Notes: generated by a model not told the origin, from the sequence alone. A stretch of 64,000 bases of DNA from an uncultured Chloroflexia bacterium (GCA_963770875.1 CAVYRE010000006.1:393619-457618), one strand, 5' to 3'. Numbered from the stretch's first letter, positions 21,226-31,211 are shown. Numbers and translations: made by a program.

Positions 21226-22590
21226 ATGACCATTGAGACCAGCCCCTCGTCCGCGGCTGCCCGCAGGCCGGCGCCGCATATCGTCACCGAGCTGCCGGGG
21301 CCGCGTGCGCGGGCGCTCATCGCACGCGATGACGCCGTGGTGAGCCCGAGCCTGACCCGCGCCTATCCGCTCGTGGCGGACACCGGCGACGGCTTCGTCA
21401 TCACCGATGTCGACGGCAACCGGTTCCTCGACTTCGCCGCCGGCATCGCCGTCGTATCTACCGGGCATCGCCATCCCAATGTGGTGGAGGCGATCAAGGC
21501 CCAGGCCGATCGGCTGATCCACATCGCCGCGACCGACTTCTACGAGCCGCGCTACCTGGAGCTGACGGAGCACCTGGCCCGCATCGCGCCGTTCGAGGAG
21601 CGGGCACGCGTCTTCCTCGCCAACTCGGGGACCGAGGCGGTCGAGGGCGCCATCAAGCTGGCACGCCACCACACCCATCGGCCCGGGCTGATCGCCTTCG
21701 AGGGCGCGTTCCACGGACGCACCATGGGCGCGCTCTCGCTCACCAACAGCAAGATCCGCCAGCGCGCCGGGTTCGGGCCCCTGCTGCCGATGGTCTACCA
21801 CGCCCCGTTCCCCCGCCAGCGGACCTGGCGCGAGGGGAGCGGCGGCGACGGCACGCACGAGCTCTGGGTGCTGCGCCACGACATCCTTGGACGGCTCATC
21901 GCGCCGGATGACGTGGCGGCGATCGTGATCGAGCCGATCCAGGGCGAGGGCGGCTACTTTCCGGCCCCCGCCTCGTTCCTGCGCGCGCTGCGGGAGATCT
22001 GCGATGAGCACGGCATCCTGCTCGTCGCGGACGAGGTCCAGTCGGGGATGGGACGCACCGGGCGCTGGTGGGCGATCCAGCACGCAGGCGTGGAGCCGGA
22101 CATCGTCACCACCGCGAAGGGGATCGCCTCCGGCATGCCGCTCGGCGCCTTCATCGCGCGCGACTCGGTGATGACCTGGCCGCCCGGCGCCCACGGCTCG
22201 ACCTTCGCCGGCAACCCGATCTGTGCGGCCGCCGGCAAGGCCACCATGGACCTGATCGAGGGCGGGCTGATGGAGAACGCGGCGCGCATGGGAGCGCGGC
22301 TGCGGGCCGGCATCGAGCAGGTCGCGTCCGAGCATGAGAGCGTGCGCGATATCCGGGGCGTCGGCCTCATGATCGGGGTCGAGTTCGCCAGCCACCAGGC
22401 GGCCAACGCGGTCGAGCAGGAGTGCTTCGAGCGCGGCCTGCTGGTGCTCGAGTGCGGTGAGGCGACGATCCGCCTCTGCCCGCCGCTGATCGTCGACGAG
22501 GAGGCGGTCGACACCGCGATCCGGCTCTTCGGCGAGGCGATCGCCGCGGCGGCACGCCCGCGCGAGGGACTCGAAGACATCGGCGGCTGA
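21226..22590 (+). CDS. Class III PLP-dependent aminotransferase (4-aminobutyrate / omega-amino-acid aminotransferase-like).
   Basis: ATG at 21226 (GGAG 12 nt upstream). 'LANSGTEAVEGAIKLAR', 'DEVQSGMGRTGRWWA', PLP-Lys in 'TTAKGIASG'. Confidence 0.9.
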   Translation: MTIETSPSSAAARRPAPHIVTELPGPRARALIARDDAVVSPSLTRAYPLVADTGDGFVITDVDGNRFLDFAAGIAVVSTGHRHPNVVEAIKAQADRLIHIAATDFYEPRYLELTEHLARIAPFEERARVFLANSGTEAVEGAIKLARHHTHRPGLIAFEGAFHGRTMGALSLTNSKIRQRAGFGPLLPMVYHAPFPRQRTWREGSGGDGTHELWVLRHDILGRLIAPDDVAAIVIEPIQGEGGYFPAPASFLRALREICDEHGILLVADEVQSGMGRTGRWWAIQHAGVEPDIVTTAKGIASGMPLGAFIARDSVMTWPPGAHGSTFAGNPICAAAGKATMDLIEGGLMENAARMGARLRAGIEQVASEHESVRDIRGVGLMIGVEFASHQAANAVEQECFERGLLVLECGEATIRLCPPLIVDEEAVDTAIRLFGEAIAAAARPREGLEDIGG

Positions 22591-22597
22591 GCTGGGC

Positions 22598-23506
22598 ATG
22601 GCCTCCAAGGTCACCACCCTGCGCGAGGCGATCGCCACCCACCTCCACGACGGCGACACGCTGGCGATCGAGGGCTTCACCCACCTGATCAGCTTCGCGG
22701 CGGCGCACGAGGTGATCCGCCAGGGACGCCGCGGGTTGACGCTGGCGCGCCTCACCCCCGACCTCGTCTACGACCAGCTGGTCGCCGCCGGCTGCGCCTC
22801 GAAGCTCGTCTTCTCGTGGCTTGGCAACCCCGGGGTCGGTTCGCTGCACGCCATCCGCCGCGCGATCGAGGCCGGGGAGCTGGAGATCGAGGAGTACAGC
22901 CACCATGGCATGGTGGCCCGCTATACCGCCGGCGCCAGCCGCATCCCCTTCTTCCCGCTGCGCTCCTATGCCGGCAGCGACATGGCGGCCGCCAACCCGC
23001 GGATCCGGCGCGTCGCCTCGCCCTACGACGGGGAGGAGGTGGACGTCGTCCCGGCGCTCAACCCGGACGTGACGATCATCCACGCCCAGCGGGCCGACCC
23101 CGATGGGAACGTGCAGGTCTGGGGGATCGTCGGCGTTGAGCGCGAGGCCGCGCTGGCCGCGCGCCGCGTGATCGTGGTGGTGGAGGAGCTGGTCGACACC
23201 TCGGTCGTCCGAGACGACCCGGACCGGACGCTGCTGCCCGGCACGGTGGTGGATGCCGTCTGCGTCGAGCCGCTCGGCGCACACCCGTCTTTCGTGCAGG
23301 GCTACTACGACCGCGACAACGCCTTCTACCGCGACTGGGACGCGATCAGCCGCGACCCCGGGCGCCTCGACGCGTGGCTCGACGAGTGGGTGCGGGGCCT
23401 GGACGGACGGGCCGCCTACGTCGAGCGGCTGGGGTCCGAGCGGGTCGAGGCCCTGCGACCCGAGCCGCGCCCATCGGGGAGCGTCGACTACGGGAGCTAC
23501 CGGTGA
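22598..23506 (+). CDS. CoA-transferase subunit A (3-oxoacid / glutaconate CoA-transferase family I, alpha).
   Basis: 302 aa, 'LREAIATHLHDGDTLAIEGF', typical subunit-A length. Its stop overlaps the subunit-B GTG. Confidence 0.85.
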   Translation: MASKVTTLREAIATHLHDGDTLAIEGFTHLISFAAAHEVIRQGRRGLTLARLTPDLVYDQLVAAGCASKLVFSWLGNPGVGSLHAIRRAIEAGELEIEEYSHHGMVARYTAGASRIPFFPLRSYAGSDMAAANPRIRRVASPYDGEEVDVVPALNPDVTIIHAQRADPDGNVQVWGIVGVEREAALAARRVIVVVEELVDTSVVRDDPDRTLLPGTVVDAVCVEPLGAHPSFVQGYYDRDNAFYRDWDAISRDPGRLDAWLDEWVRGLDGRAAYVERLGSERVEALRPEPRPSGSVDYGSYR

Positions 23507-24244
23507 GCGACGCGACGCCCGAGGAGCTGATGATCGCGGCGGCGGCCGGTGAGCTGGCCGGGGTGCGGACGGTCTTCGTCGGGATCGGCCTCCCCAACGC
23601 CGCCGCCAACCTGGCGCGCAGCTCCGTCGCGCCCGGAGCTCGAGCTGATCTACGAGTCGGGCATCTTCGGGGCGCGTCCCAGCCGCCTGCCGGACAGCAT
23701 CGGCGACCCGGCGCTGGTCTCCGGTTCAGCGGCGAGCATGAGCATGCGCGACCTGTTCGGCGGCTTCCTGCAGGGGGGCCGGATCGAGGTCGGGATGCTG
23801 GGCGCGGCCCAGATCGACCGCTACGGCAACCTGAACACCACCGTCATCGGGCCGTACGCACATCCGTCGGTCCGCCTGCCGGGATCCGGCGGAGCGTGCG
23901 AGATCGCGCTCAACGCGCGACGCGTGGTGGTGGTGATGAACCAGTCGCTGCGCTCGTTCGTGGAGCGGATCGACTTCGTCACCTCGCCCGGGCACCACCG
24001 GCCCGATGGGAGCGGCGGGCGCCCGGCCTGGGCCGGCGCCGGACCGAGCGCGGTGGTCACCCAGCTCGGCGTCTACCACTTCGGCGCGGACGGCGAGATG
24101 GAGCTCGCCGGGCTGCACCCGGGCGTCGACGAGGCGACCGTGGACGCCGGCTGCGGCTGGCAGATGCGTCGCGGGTCGCTCGTGGCGCGCCTGCCCGAGC
24201 CGTCGGCCACGACGCTGGCCGCGATCCGCCGGATGCTCGCCTAG
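23503..24244 (+). CDS. CoA-transferase subunit B, with an apparent +1 frameshift near nt 23636.
   Basis: N-terminus 'VSDATPEELMIAAAAGELAGVRTVFVGIGLPNAAANLA' continues as 'ELELIYESGIFG...GSGGACEIA' (ORF 23549..24244) after removing one G from 'cccggagctc'. Confidence 0.85.
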
Positions 24245-25023
24245 AAGGCTCGGTTCGCGACCCCGAGCGCCAGCCGCGTCCACGCGACCAGGTTGTGCAG
24301 CTGGCGCGGGGTGAGCCGATCGCAGGCCCAGCTCCAGTGAATGGCGACCATCTCGCCGAGCTGAACGTCGTCCACGAACCCGATCCCGTCGCGCCAGCGG
24401 CTCACCGTCTCGAGGCGCGGCTCGGCCAGCCGCAGCTTGCCGTCGACCTGCTCGAGCGAGACCGCGGAGACGATGAGCTGGTCACCGATCACGGCCGCGA
24501 CCCGTCCCCAGCGGATCCGGCACGAGTCGATCGTGGCGAGGACGTTGTCGACCGCCCCTCCCCGCAGGAGCCCGACGCGCGGAAAGACGTCGAGGACGTG
24601 GAATGCGTGCACGGGCCGCGCCCCGACCGCCACGGCGGCCTCGAGCCAGCGCCATGCCGACGGGTCCAGGCGCGGCCGGAAGCGCTCCTCGACCGATCGG
24701 TGCAGCTGCTGGCGGCGGACCGCGGCGGTGAGCGAGTTGCCGAGCCAGTAGGCCTCCACCACCTGGCGGTCGAGGGGATCGGGCACGTCGTTGGCGGCGG
24801 CGATCAGCTCCAGGTAGGGGTAGGCGCCCTCGAATCCGCGGGCCAGTCCGCGCAGGCCGCCGTCATCGGTCCCGGAGGCCGCGAGGGCGAGCAGCGCCTC
24901 GGTCTCGTCCGGGCCGCAGTAGCCGAACCGGTTCGGCCCGAACGCGTAGCGCCCGAAGAGGACCGGCCCGGGCGGGGGCGCGATCCGGGGCGCGACGGTC
25001 GGGGCGACCGGCGCGGAGATCAT
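24241..25023 (-). CDS. Conserved hypothetical protein (260 aa), last gene of the hydrogenase-associated co-directional block.
   Basis: Internal ATG of ORF 24241..25992. Coherent sequence ('GPVLFGRYAFGPNRFGYCGPDE...'). Start overlaps the EamA stop by 1 nt. Confidence 0.55.
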   Translation of the reverse strand: MISAPVAPTVAPRIAPPPGPVLFGRYAFGPNRFGYCGPDETEALLALAASGTDDGGLRGLARGFEGAYPYLELIAAANDVPDPLDRQVVEAYWLGNSLTAAVRRQQLHRSVEERFRPRLDPSAWRWLEAAVAVGARPVHAFHVLDVFPRVGLLRGGAVDNVLATIDSCRIRWGRVAAVIGDQLIVSAVSLEQVDGKLRLAEPRLETVSRWRDGIGFVDDVQLGEMVAIHWSWACDRLTPRQLHNLVAWTRLALGVANRAF

Positions 25024-25931
25024 CAGCCGATCACCGACGCCGGCTGCCGGCGGCTCCACAGCGAGGCGATCGCCAGGCCGCCCGCGGCCAGCAGCATGAG
25101 CAGGTAGCCGTACAGCGGACCGGCGGCCGGAACGCCCCCGTTCACGACCGCCGACAGGCCCGCTGTGATCGGCGCGCCGAGTGTCAGGACCGCGGCGACG
25201 GTGGCCGCCGGGGCACGCTTGAGCGCCCCGTACCAGGTCGCCACGTAGCCGGCCAGCAGCACGCCGGTGCCGAGCACCCACGCCCATTGGACGGGGTTGA
25301 GCTGCGCGATGATGCCGAGCCGGCCGGTGAAGGCGAGGTAGCCGACCAGCACGATGAGGCCGAATCCCATCCGGCCGGCGCCCGCCACGAGCGGCGGGAC
25401 CGATGCCAGCAGCCGCCGGGCCAGGATCGTCTCCACCGCCCAGAAGCCGGTCGCCACGGCGATCAGCGACTCGCCGCTGCCCCAGCCGAGCCCGGTCGGC
25501 GGCTGGACCATGAGGGTCGCCACCAGCAGGACGCCCAGGGCGCCGATCTGCCAGGCTCCGAGCCGTTCGCGGAGGAGCACCGCCGCCAGCAGCGCGACCC
25601 AGATGAAGAGCGTCTTCTGGATCACCGCCGCCGAGGGTGCCGTCGCCTGTGCCAGCCCCGTGAAGAAGAGCAGGAAGGGGATGCTCCCACCGATCACGCC
25701 CAGGGCGGCCAGCCCCATCCAGCGGCGGGCGCCGAGCGCACGGGGGACGCCGCCGACCGCGAGGAAGCCGCCGACCAGGATGAGCGCGGCGACCGCGTTC
25801 TTCAGGGTGGTGTACGCGGCTGGGTCGGAGAATTGACGCACCGCGAACCCGTTCAGGAACACGGAGACGCCGCTGATCAGAGCGGTGCCAAGGGCCAGGT
25901 AGATGCCGGTTCGTCGTGCGTTCACGGTCAT
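25023..25931 (-). CDS. EamA/DMT-family transporter (10 TM).
   Basis: 302 aa of hydrophobic repeats with the two-EamA-domain architecture. ATGA overlap with hypC upstream. Confidence 0.85.
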   Translation of the reverse strand: MTVNARRTGIYLALGTALISGVSVFLNGFAVRQFSDPAAYTTLKNAVAALILVGGFLAVGGVPRALGARRWMGLAALGVIGGSIPFLLFFTGLAQATAPSAAVIQKTLFIWVALLAAVLLRERLGAWQIGALGVLLVATLMVQPPTGLGWGSGESLIAVATGFWAVETILARRLLASVPPLVAGAGRMGFGLIVLVGYLAFTGRLGIIAQLNPVQWAWVLGTGVLLAGYVATWYGALKRAPAATVAAVLTLGAPITAGLSAVVNGGVPAAGPLYGYLLMLLAAGGLAIASLWSRRQPASVIG

Positions 25932-26149
25932 GAGTCCTCTCGGAAGGCTTCGTTGACGGCGGCTGTGAGCTGCGCCGCCTGCAGCGGATCAATGCGTTCG
26001 AGGATCGTCCCCGCGCCGACGATCACCCAGTCGCCCACGGCCACCTCCGGCACGACCAGGGTCGATGCGCGGCGTTCACGACCGCCGAGCAGGACGGTCG
26101 CCCCCTCGGGATCCACCGCGGTGACACGGGCCGGGGCGGTCAGGCACAT
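25928..26149 (-). CDS. hypC: [NiFe]-hydrogenase maturation chaperone HypC/HybG.
   Basis: 73 aa starting with the MC(L/I)xxP signature 'MCLTAPARVTAV'. Confidence 0.9.
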   Translation of the reverse strand: MCLTAPARVTAVDPEGATVLLGGRERRASTLVVPEVAVGDWVIVGAGTILERIDPLQAAQLTAAVNEAFREDS

Positions 26150-26610
26150 CGCCGCGCCTCCGCGATGCGTGATGCGATCCGCTCGCCAAGGGCATCCAGC
26201 TGCGCGCTGACCGCCGGCGAGAGGTCGTCCCCCACCTCGAATCGTTCGCCGCCGATGCCGAGGAAGCGGTCACCCGCATGGACCGCCCCGAGCAGCGCGG
26301 CAAGTGCCACCGCGGCTCCGGGCGCCAGGGCGTGGGTGGAGGTGGTCCGCATCCGTGCCTCCAGCGCCGGCAGCTCGGCCAGCGGCAGGTCGACGATCTC
26401 GCCGCCCGGCAGCCCGGCCACGCAATCGAGCACGAGGCGCGGCAGCTCCGGCGCGTCGCCGATCAGCAGCTCCGCGGAGAGGTAGCCGACCTCGTCGATC
26501 TGCGCCCCCTCGGACGCGCGCGACGTCAGCCCGCGGAGGGCTCGCAGCGCCGCGCCGTCGTCGCCGCGATCGATCGCGCCGCAGGCGAGGATCCGGATCG
26601 ACGGCGTCAT
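26140..26610 (-). CDS. Hydrogenase maturation endopeptidase (HyaD/HybD/HoxW family).
   Basis: 'MTPSIRILACGAIDRGDDGAAL...' is the typical N-terminus of the Ni-dependent C-terminal processing protease. It overlaps the large-subunit stop. Confidence 0.85.
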   Translation of the reverse strand: MTPSIRILACGAIDRGDDGAALRALRGLTSRASEGAQIDEVGYLSAELLIGDAPELPRLVLDCVAGLPGGEIVDLPLAELPALEARMRTTSTHALAPGAAVALAALLGAVHAGDRFLGIGGERFEVGDDLSPAVSAQLDALGERIASRIAEARRCA

Positions 26611-27923
26611 CGGTCTCGCTCGATCCGAACGTCGAGGTAGTGGGTCGCGCACGAGATGCAGGGGTCGTAGCTTCGGATCAGCTGCTCGAGCCGGCGTGTC
26701 GCCTCGTCGTGTGGCAGGTCCAGCACCTCCGGCGCGAAGATGGCGAGGTCGTGCTCGATGGCGGCCTGGTTCTGGCTGGTCGGCGGCACGATCTGCGCCT
26801 GCCGCACCGTTCCGGCCGCGTCGACCTGGTACCGGTGGAAGAGCAGCCCGCGCGGCGCCTCGGTGGCCCAGGCGGCGATCCCGGCGCGCGCCTTCCAGGG
26901 CGTGAAGGGCTTGGCCGGCGGCTCGTAGGCCGCGACGATGTCGGCCGCCTCGGCCAGCGCGTGGAGCAGCTCGACCGAGCGCGCCACGATGCTGCGGAAG
27001 ACGTTGCGCCGCAGATCCTCCGGGGAGATGCCCGTGGCGTCGAGCGCGGCGCGCGCGATCGGATGGAGCTGGTCGCGTGCCAGCGTCACGCGGGCGGTCG
27101 GGCCGAGCAGGTATGGGACGCCGTCGGCGGCGTGCGCCTGGAGGGCGTGCGACCAGGGGACCTGCTCCTCGTGGAAGGCGTTGCCCCAGTCCGTCGGTGC
27201 CAGGTCGATCCCGTCGCTCGAGACGATCCGGCCGTCGCTCATCGGGTACTCGGTCGGGTGCCGCAGCGAGACGAGCCGCGGCTCGCGGTCGGACGGCGGC
27301 GTGTCGAGGCTGGCCACCAGCGCGACCGTGTCGCGCGCCTCGGCGATCGCCGCCTTCAGAGGAGCGGCAAGCTCGTCGAGCTCATGCGCCCGTGGCGCTC
27401 GGTAGAAGCCGCCGACCCGCACGCTGACGGGGTGGATCGGCCTGCCGCCGACGATCGATACGATCCGGTTGCCGAGCTTCTTGATCCCGAGCCCGCGACC
27501 CACCAGTTCGAGGTGGTCCTTCGCCATGTCGAGGGCGCTCGGATAGCCGAGGAAGTCGGGGGCGTGGAGCAGGAAGATGTGGAGGGCGTGGCTCTCGATC
27601 CACTCGCCGCAGTAGAGAAGGCGACGGAGCGTCCGGACGGTCGGGTCGATCGTCACCTCGAAGAGGTCCTCGAAGGCATGCACCGCCGACATCTGGTACG
27701 CCACCGGGCAGATCCCGCAGATGCGCGCGACGATATCGAGCACCTCGTCCGGGGTGCGCCCGACCACCAGCCGCTCGAAGTAGCGCGGCGCCTCGAAGAT
27801 TCGCAGCTGGGCCGCCACCGAGCCGTCGGCGGCCACGCGCAGGTCGAGCGATCCCTCGCCCTCGACCCGGGTCAGCTGCCCGACCTCGAAGTGGTGCTCG
27901 GCGTTGGCAACCTTCGTGACCAT
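26607..27923 (-). CDS. hyhL: [NiFe]-hydrogenase large (alpha) subunit, group-3-type (bidirectional, cofactor-coupled).
   Basis: 438 aa. N-terminal Ni-binding 'RICGICPVAY' (RxCGxC); C-terminal 'DPCISCATHYLDVRIERDR' (DPCxxCxxH plus a short extension removed by the adjacent protease); L1-like 'RVEGEGSLDLRV'. Start shares 1 nt with the small-subunit stop. Confidence 0.95.
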   Translation of the reverse strand: MVTKVANAEHHFEVGQLTRVEGEGSLDLRVAADGSVAAQLRIFEAPRYFERLVVGRTPDEVLDIVARICGICPVAYQMSAVHAFEDLFEVTIDPTVRTLRRLLYCGEWIESHALHIFLLHAPDFLGYPSALDMAKDHLELVGRGLGIKKLGNRIVSIVGGRPIHPVSVRVGGFYRAPRAHELDELAAPLKAAIAEARDTVALVASLDTPPSDREPRLVSLRHPTEYPMSDGRIVSSDGIDLAPTDWGNAFHEEQVPWSHALQAHAADGVPYLLGPTARVTLARDQLHPIARAALDATGISPEDLRRNVFRSIVARSVELLHALAEAADIVAAYEPPAKPFTPWKARAGIAAWATEAPRGLLFHRYQVDAAGTVRQAQIVPPTSQNQAAIEHDLAIFAPEVLDLPHDEATRRLEQLIRSYDPCISCATHYLDVRIERDR

Positions 27924-28771
27924 CAGCTCGCCTTGCCCTTCGACGACCGCTTCGTCGTCGCCTTCGAGGTGCGCGGGCGTGGGGCGGGCTGCATGACCGG
28001 CACGGCCCGCTGGGCGGCGTCGCGGAAGGCGGGCGCGTAGCCGTTGAACATCGCGAACAGGCGATCGACCTCGTGCGCTGAGCGGGTGGCGCCCATCCAG
28101 GCCGCCAGGCTGGCGGTGTTGGGCTGATCCTTCGGCCCGAAGCAGGCGTAGCAGGCGCGGTCGTAGCCGGGGCAGAGGGCGCCGCAGCCGGTCGCCGTCA
28201 CCGGGCCGAGGCAGGGCAGGTCGGAGGCGACCAGCACGCAGACGCGGCCCATTCGCTTGCACTCGTTGCAGACCGCCTCGTCGGGAAGCTGTGGCCGGCG
28301 GCCGAGGCGCAGGGCGGTCAGCAGCTCCACCAGCTGGCGCCCGTCGATGGGGCAGCCGCGCAGCTCGGCGTCGACCTGCACGTGATCCGCCACCGGGGTG
28401 GCGGTGGCGAGCGACTCGACGTATTCGGGGTGCGGATAGACCGATGCGCGCCACTCGGGCTCATTCGACCAGTTGCGCATCGCCTGGATCCCTCCGGCGG
28501 TTGCGCAGGCGCCGATGGTGACCAGCAGCTTGCTGCGCGCCCGCAGCTCGACGATCTGCTCGAGCTGCTCAGGAGTGCTGATCGAGCCCTCGACCAGCAG
28601 CACGTCGTACGGGCCGCTGGATCGGTTCGAAGTGGCCTCGGGGAACTCGACCAGGTCGAAGCGCTGCCCGATCGCGACCAGCTCGTCCTCGAGGTCGAGG
28701 AGGGTCAGCTGGCAGCCATCGCAGGAGGCCATCTTGACGACCCCGACGCGTGGGAGCTGCTTGTCGACCAT
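27923..28771 (-). CDS. hyhS: [NiFe]-hydrogenase small (delta) subunit, group-3 type, with no Tat signal.
   Basis: 282 aa, 'VVKMASCDGCQLTLLDLEDELV', 'VLLVEGSISTPEQ', 'LVTIGACATAGG'; C-terminal Cys-rich Fe-S region 'CNECKRMGRVC...CLGP...CGALCPGYDRACYACFGP'. No twin-arginine leader. Confidence 0.9.
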   Translation of the reverse strand: MVDKQLPRVGVVKMASCDGCQLTLLDLEDELVAIGQRFDLVEFPEATSNRSSGPYDVLLVEGSISTPEQLEQIVELRARSKLLVTIGACATAGGIQAMRNWSNEPEWRASVYPHPEYVESLATATPVADHVQVDAELRGCPIDGRQLVELLTALRLGRRPQLPDEAVCNECKRMGRVCVLVASDLPCLGPVTATGCGALCPGYDRACYACFGPKDQPNTASLAAWMGATRSAHEVDRLFAMFNGYAPAFRDAAQRAVPVMQPAPRPRTSKATTKRSSKGKAS

Positions 28772-30732
28772 CAGATCCCCTCCCGGCTGAAGAGGTCGCC
28801 CAGCTCGGTGAGCGAGAAGATCGGGCCGTCCTTGCAGATGAAGAAGGGGCCCATCTGGCAGTGGCCGCACAGGCCGATGCCACACTCCATGTGCCGCTCG
28901 AGCGAGACGAAGATGCGCTCGGCGGGGATCCCGCCGTCGCGCAGGACGCGGGTCGTGGCCTGCATCATCCGCTCGGGTCCGACCACGAATGCGACCGATG
29001 CCCGCCGCGCGAAGTCGCGCTGATCGAGCAGGTTGGTGACGACCCCGACCCGGCCGGTCCAGCCGGGGCCGGAGCGGTCGACGATCTGGACCACCTCGAC
29101 GCCGGCCTTCGTCCACGAGATCAGCTCGTCGCGGAAGAGCTGATCGGCGGGTGTGCGTGCGCCGTAGGCGAGGAGGATTGAGCCGAACCGGTCGCGATCC
29201 GCGATCAGCGCGTCGATGAGCGGTCGCAGCGGTGCGAGCCCGATCCCGCCGGCCACGACCACCACGTCGCGGCCCAGCGCCCGGTCGATCGGCCACGGCC
29301 GGCCGAGCGGCCCGCGCAGCCCGACCTCGCCGCCGATCGGCGTGTTGATGAGCGCCGACGTGGCCGGGCCGGCGCCGCGGACGGTGAGGAACAGGTCCTC
29401 GTCGCCGTAGCGCGAGCACGAGATCGGGAAGGCCGGGAAGCCCGGCTGCTCGACCATCACGAACTGGCCCGGCTGCCCGCCCAGGAGCGCCGCGTCGCCA
29501 GGGGTCAGGCGCAGGGTCTTCGTATCGTCGGTCTCGGAGTGGACCTCACGCAGGGTGGCCACGTCGAAGCGGCCGGTCGTGGCGGCCGCCGGGCGCGGCG
29601 GGATGTGTCCCACGGGCATCGCCGGTGGCGCGATGGCGGCCAGCTCCTCGCGGACGTCGATCCCGACCGGGCACCAGGTGATGCATCGGCCGCAGCCGAC
29701 GCAGCCGGACGAGCCGAACTGGTCGTGCCAGGTCGCGAACTTGTGGGTGAGCCACTGGCGGTATCGGTCGGACCGGTTCGGACGGAAGTTGCCGCCGGCG
29801 ACCTTGGCGAAGCCGATGTTGAAGCAGGAGTCCCACTCGCGCTCGGCCACGTTGACCGTGCCGTCCAGGTCGGAGTGCACGTCGGTCGAGGTGCAGAAGC
29901 AGGTGGGGCAGACCATGGTGCAGTTGGCGCAGGCCAGGCAGCGGTCGGCGACCTCGGCCCAGCGCGGGCTGTCGAGCTTGTCCATGAGCCGATCGCGCAG
30001 TCCCTCGGCGGCGACCGCGTCGTCGCCCATCGCGGCGCGCGTGGCGGCGACCGCGCCCGAGGCGGACGCGACCTGGGCGGCCGTGGCGCGCGGTCCGGGG
30101 AGACGGGCAAGCAGACGATCGCCGGCCGGCGAGCCGGAGCTGACCACGAAGCCGTCGTCGACCTCGGTCAGGACCAGGTCGTGGCCGGAGCGCACCTCGG
30201 GGCCGGTCCCCATCGAGGCGCAGAAGCAGTTGGCCCCGGCGCGCGTGCACTCGACCGCGACCACGATCGACGACTCGCGGCGCGCCCGGTAGTCCTCGTC
30301 GACGTAGGTGCCGCCCGCCAGCACGCGGTCCTGCACGCCGAGCGCGGCCAGCTCGCAGGCGCGCACGCCCAGGAAGGCGAGGCGCGGCGGATCGGGAGCG
30401 ACCGGGGCGAAGGAGGAGTCGGTCCCCTCGCGCCGGGCGGTCGCGACCGGGATGCGAGGCGGGAAGGTGAACTGCTTCCAGGACTGCGGGCCGTTGACCA
30501 CGTCGAAGAGGCGCGGGCCGTTCCCATCGGAGAGTCGGTACGTGCCGGGGGCCTGGACGTCGCGCCAGCCGGCGGGGAGGTCAGCCGCGGTGCCGATCTC
30601 GCCGAGCATCATCGCCCCGTCGCGCAGCGTCGGCCCGATGACCGTACGACCGCCCTCCCGGAGCAGGTCCAGGAGGGCGTCGAATCGCTCTCGCGACAGG
30701 AAGGTCGCCCCGGGGGGCGCGGAGGTCACCAA
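28771..30732 (-). CDS. Fused hydrogenase diaphorase subunits. N-terminal beta (HydB/AsrA-like, 2x[4Fe-4S]) joined in one 653-aa polypeptide to C-terminal gamma (HydG/PyrK-like FAD/NAD(P)-binding plus 2Fe-2S).
   Basis: TTG/GTG start at 30732/30729. Ferredoxin-type motifs 'CLACANCTMVCPTCFC' and 'CVGCGRCITWCPVGID'. Then a ferredoxin-NADP-reductase-like half ('VVVAGGIGLAPLRPL') and a C-terminal 'CGIGLCGHCQMGPFFIC' 2Fe-2S motif. Beta-gamma-delta-alpha gene order as in sulfhydrogenase. Confidence 0.9.
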   Translation of the reverse strand: MVTSAPPGATFLSRERFDALLDLLREGGRTVIGPTLRDGAMMLGEIGTAADLPAGWRDVQAPGTYRLSDGNGPRLFDVVNGPQSWKQFTFPPRIPVATARREGTDSSFAPVAPDPPRLAFLGVRACELAALGVQDRVLAGGTYVDEDYRARRESSIVVAVECTRAGANCFCASMGTGPEVRSGHDLVLTEVDDGFVVSSGSPAGDRLLARLPGPRATAAQVASASGAVAATRAAMGDDAVAAEGLRDRLMDKLDSPRWAEVADRCLACANCTMVCPTCFCTSTDVHSDLDGTVNVAEREWDSCFNIGFAKVAGGNFRPNRSDRYRQWLTHKFATWHDQFGSSGCVGCGRCITWCPVGIDVREELAAIAPPAMPVGHIPPRPAAATTGRFDVATLREVHSETDDTKTLRLTPGDAALLGGQPGQFVMVEQPGFPAFPISCSRYGDEDLFLTVRGAGPATSALINTPIGGEVGLRGPLGRPWPIDRALGRDVVVVAGGIGLAPLRPLIDALIADRDRFGSILLAYGARTPADQLFRDELISWTKAGVEVVQIVDRSGPGWTGRVGVVTNLLDQRDFARRASVAFVVGPERMMQATTRVLRDGGIPAERIFVSLERHMECGIGLCGHCQMGPFFICKDGPIFSLTELGDLFSREGI

Positions 30733-31211
30733 GGCTGGTAGTCGCGCTCCCTCGCATACAGGTCGAGGAGCTGGAACCGGGTCGCGGTGAGGCGCCGGCC
30801 GAGCGACTGCAGGAGTCGTGGGTAGAGCGTGGCGGCCAGCGATTCGTCGTCGCGGATCAGGCTTCGGAGGTCGGCCGCGTCGAAGACGAGCACGTCACCC
30901 GGCTCGATGCCGAGCACCGTCGAGGTGGACCGATGCGGCGGCACCAGCGCGGACCAGCCATAGACGTCGCCCGGCTCGATGGTCATGAGCGTCACCGTCC
31001 CGCGTCCCGGCACCAGGGTCTGCATCCCGAGGAGCCCGGTGACCAGCACGCCGAACGTCTCGCAGGCGGCTCCCTCCTTCAGCAGGACCTCGCCGACGCC
31101 AAACGCGCGCAGCGTGGCGCCGGCCACGAGCCGTTCCCGATCTCGCGAGGTGAGGCCACCGCCGAACCACGTTCCACCGAGCTTGCTCGCAAGGCTGCTC
31201 TTGTCTGCCAT
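30726..31211 (-). CDS. Stand-alone cyclic-nucleotide-binding (cNMP/Crp-effector) domain protein, immediately upstream of the hydrogenase beta-gamma gene.
   Basis: 161 aa from internal ATG 'MADKSSL...'. 'GEVLLKEGAACETFGVLVTGLLGM' and 'GDVYGWSAL' fit the cNMP-binding beta-barrel. There is no DNA-binding domain. Its stop lies 3 nt before the beta-gamma start. Confidence 0.75.
   Translation of the reverse strand: MADKSSLASKLGGTWFGGGLTSRDRERLVAGATLRAFGVGEVLLKEGAACETFGVLVTGLLGMQTLVPGRGTVTLMTIEPGDVYGWSALVPPHRSTSTVLGIEPGDVLVFDAADLRSLIRDDESLAATLYPRLLQSLGRRLTATRFQLLDLYARERDYQPW

Noticed and set aside
19636-22755. 1039-aa reverse-strand ORF.
   Set aside because: It is an antisense shadow across pyrD and the aminotransferase. 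The composition is dominated by R/G/A/P, with no domain-like segments.
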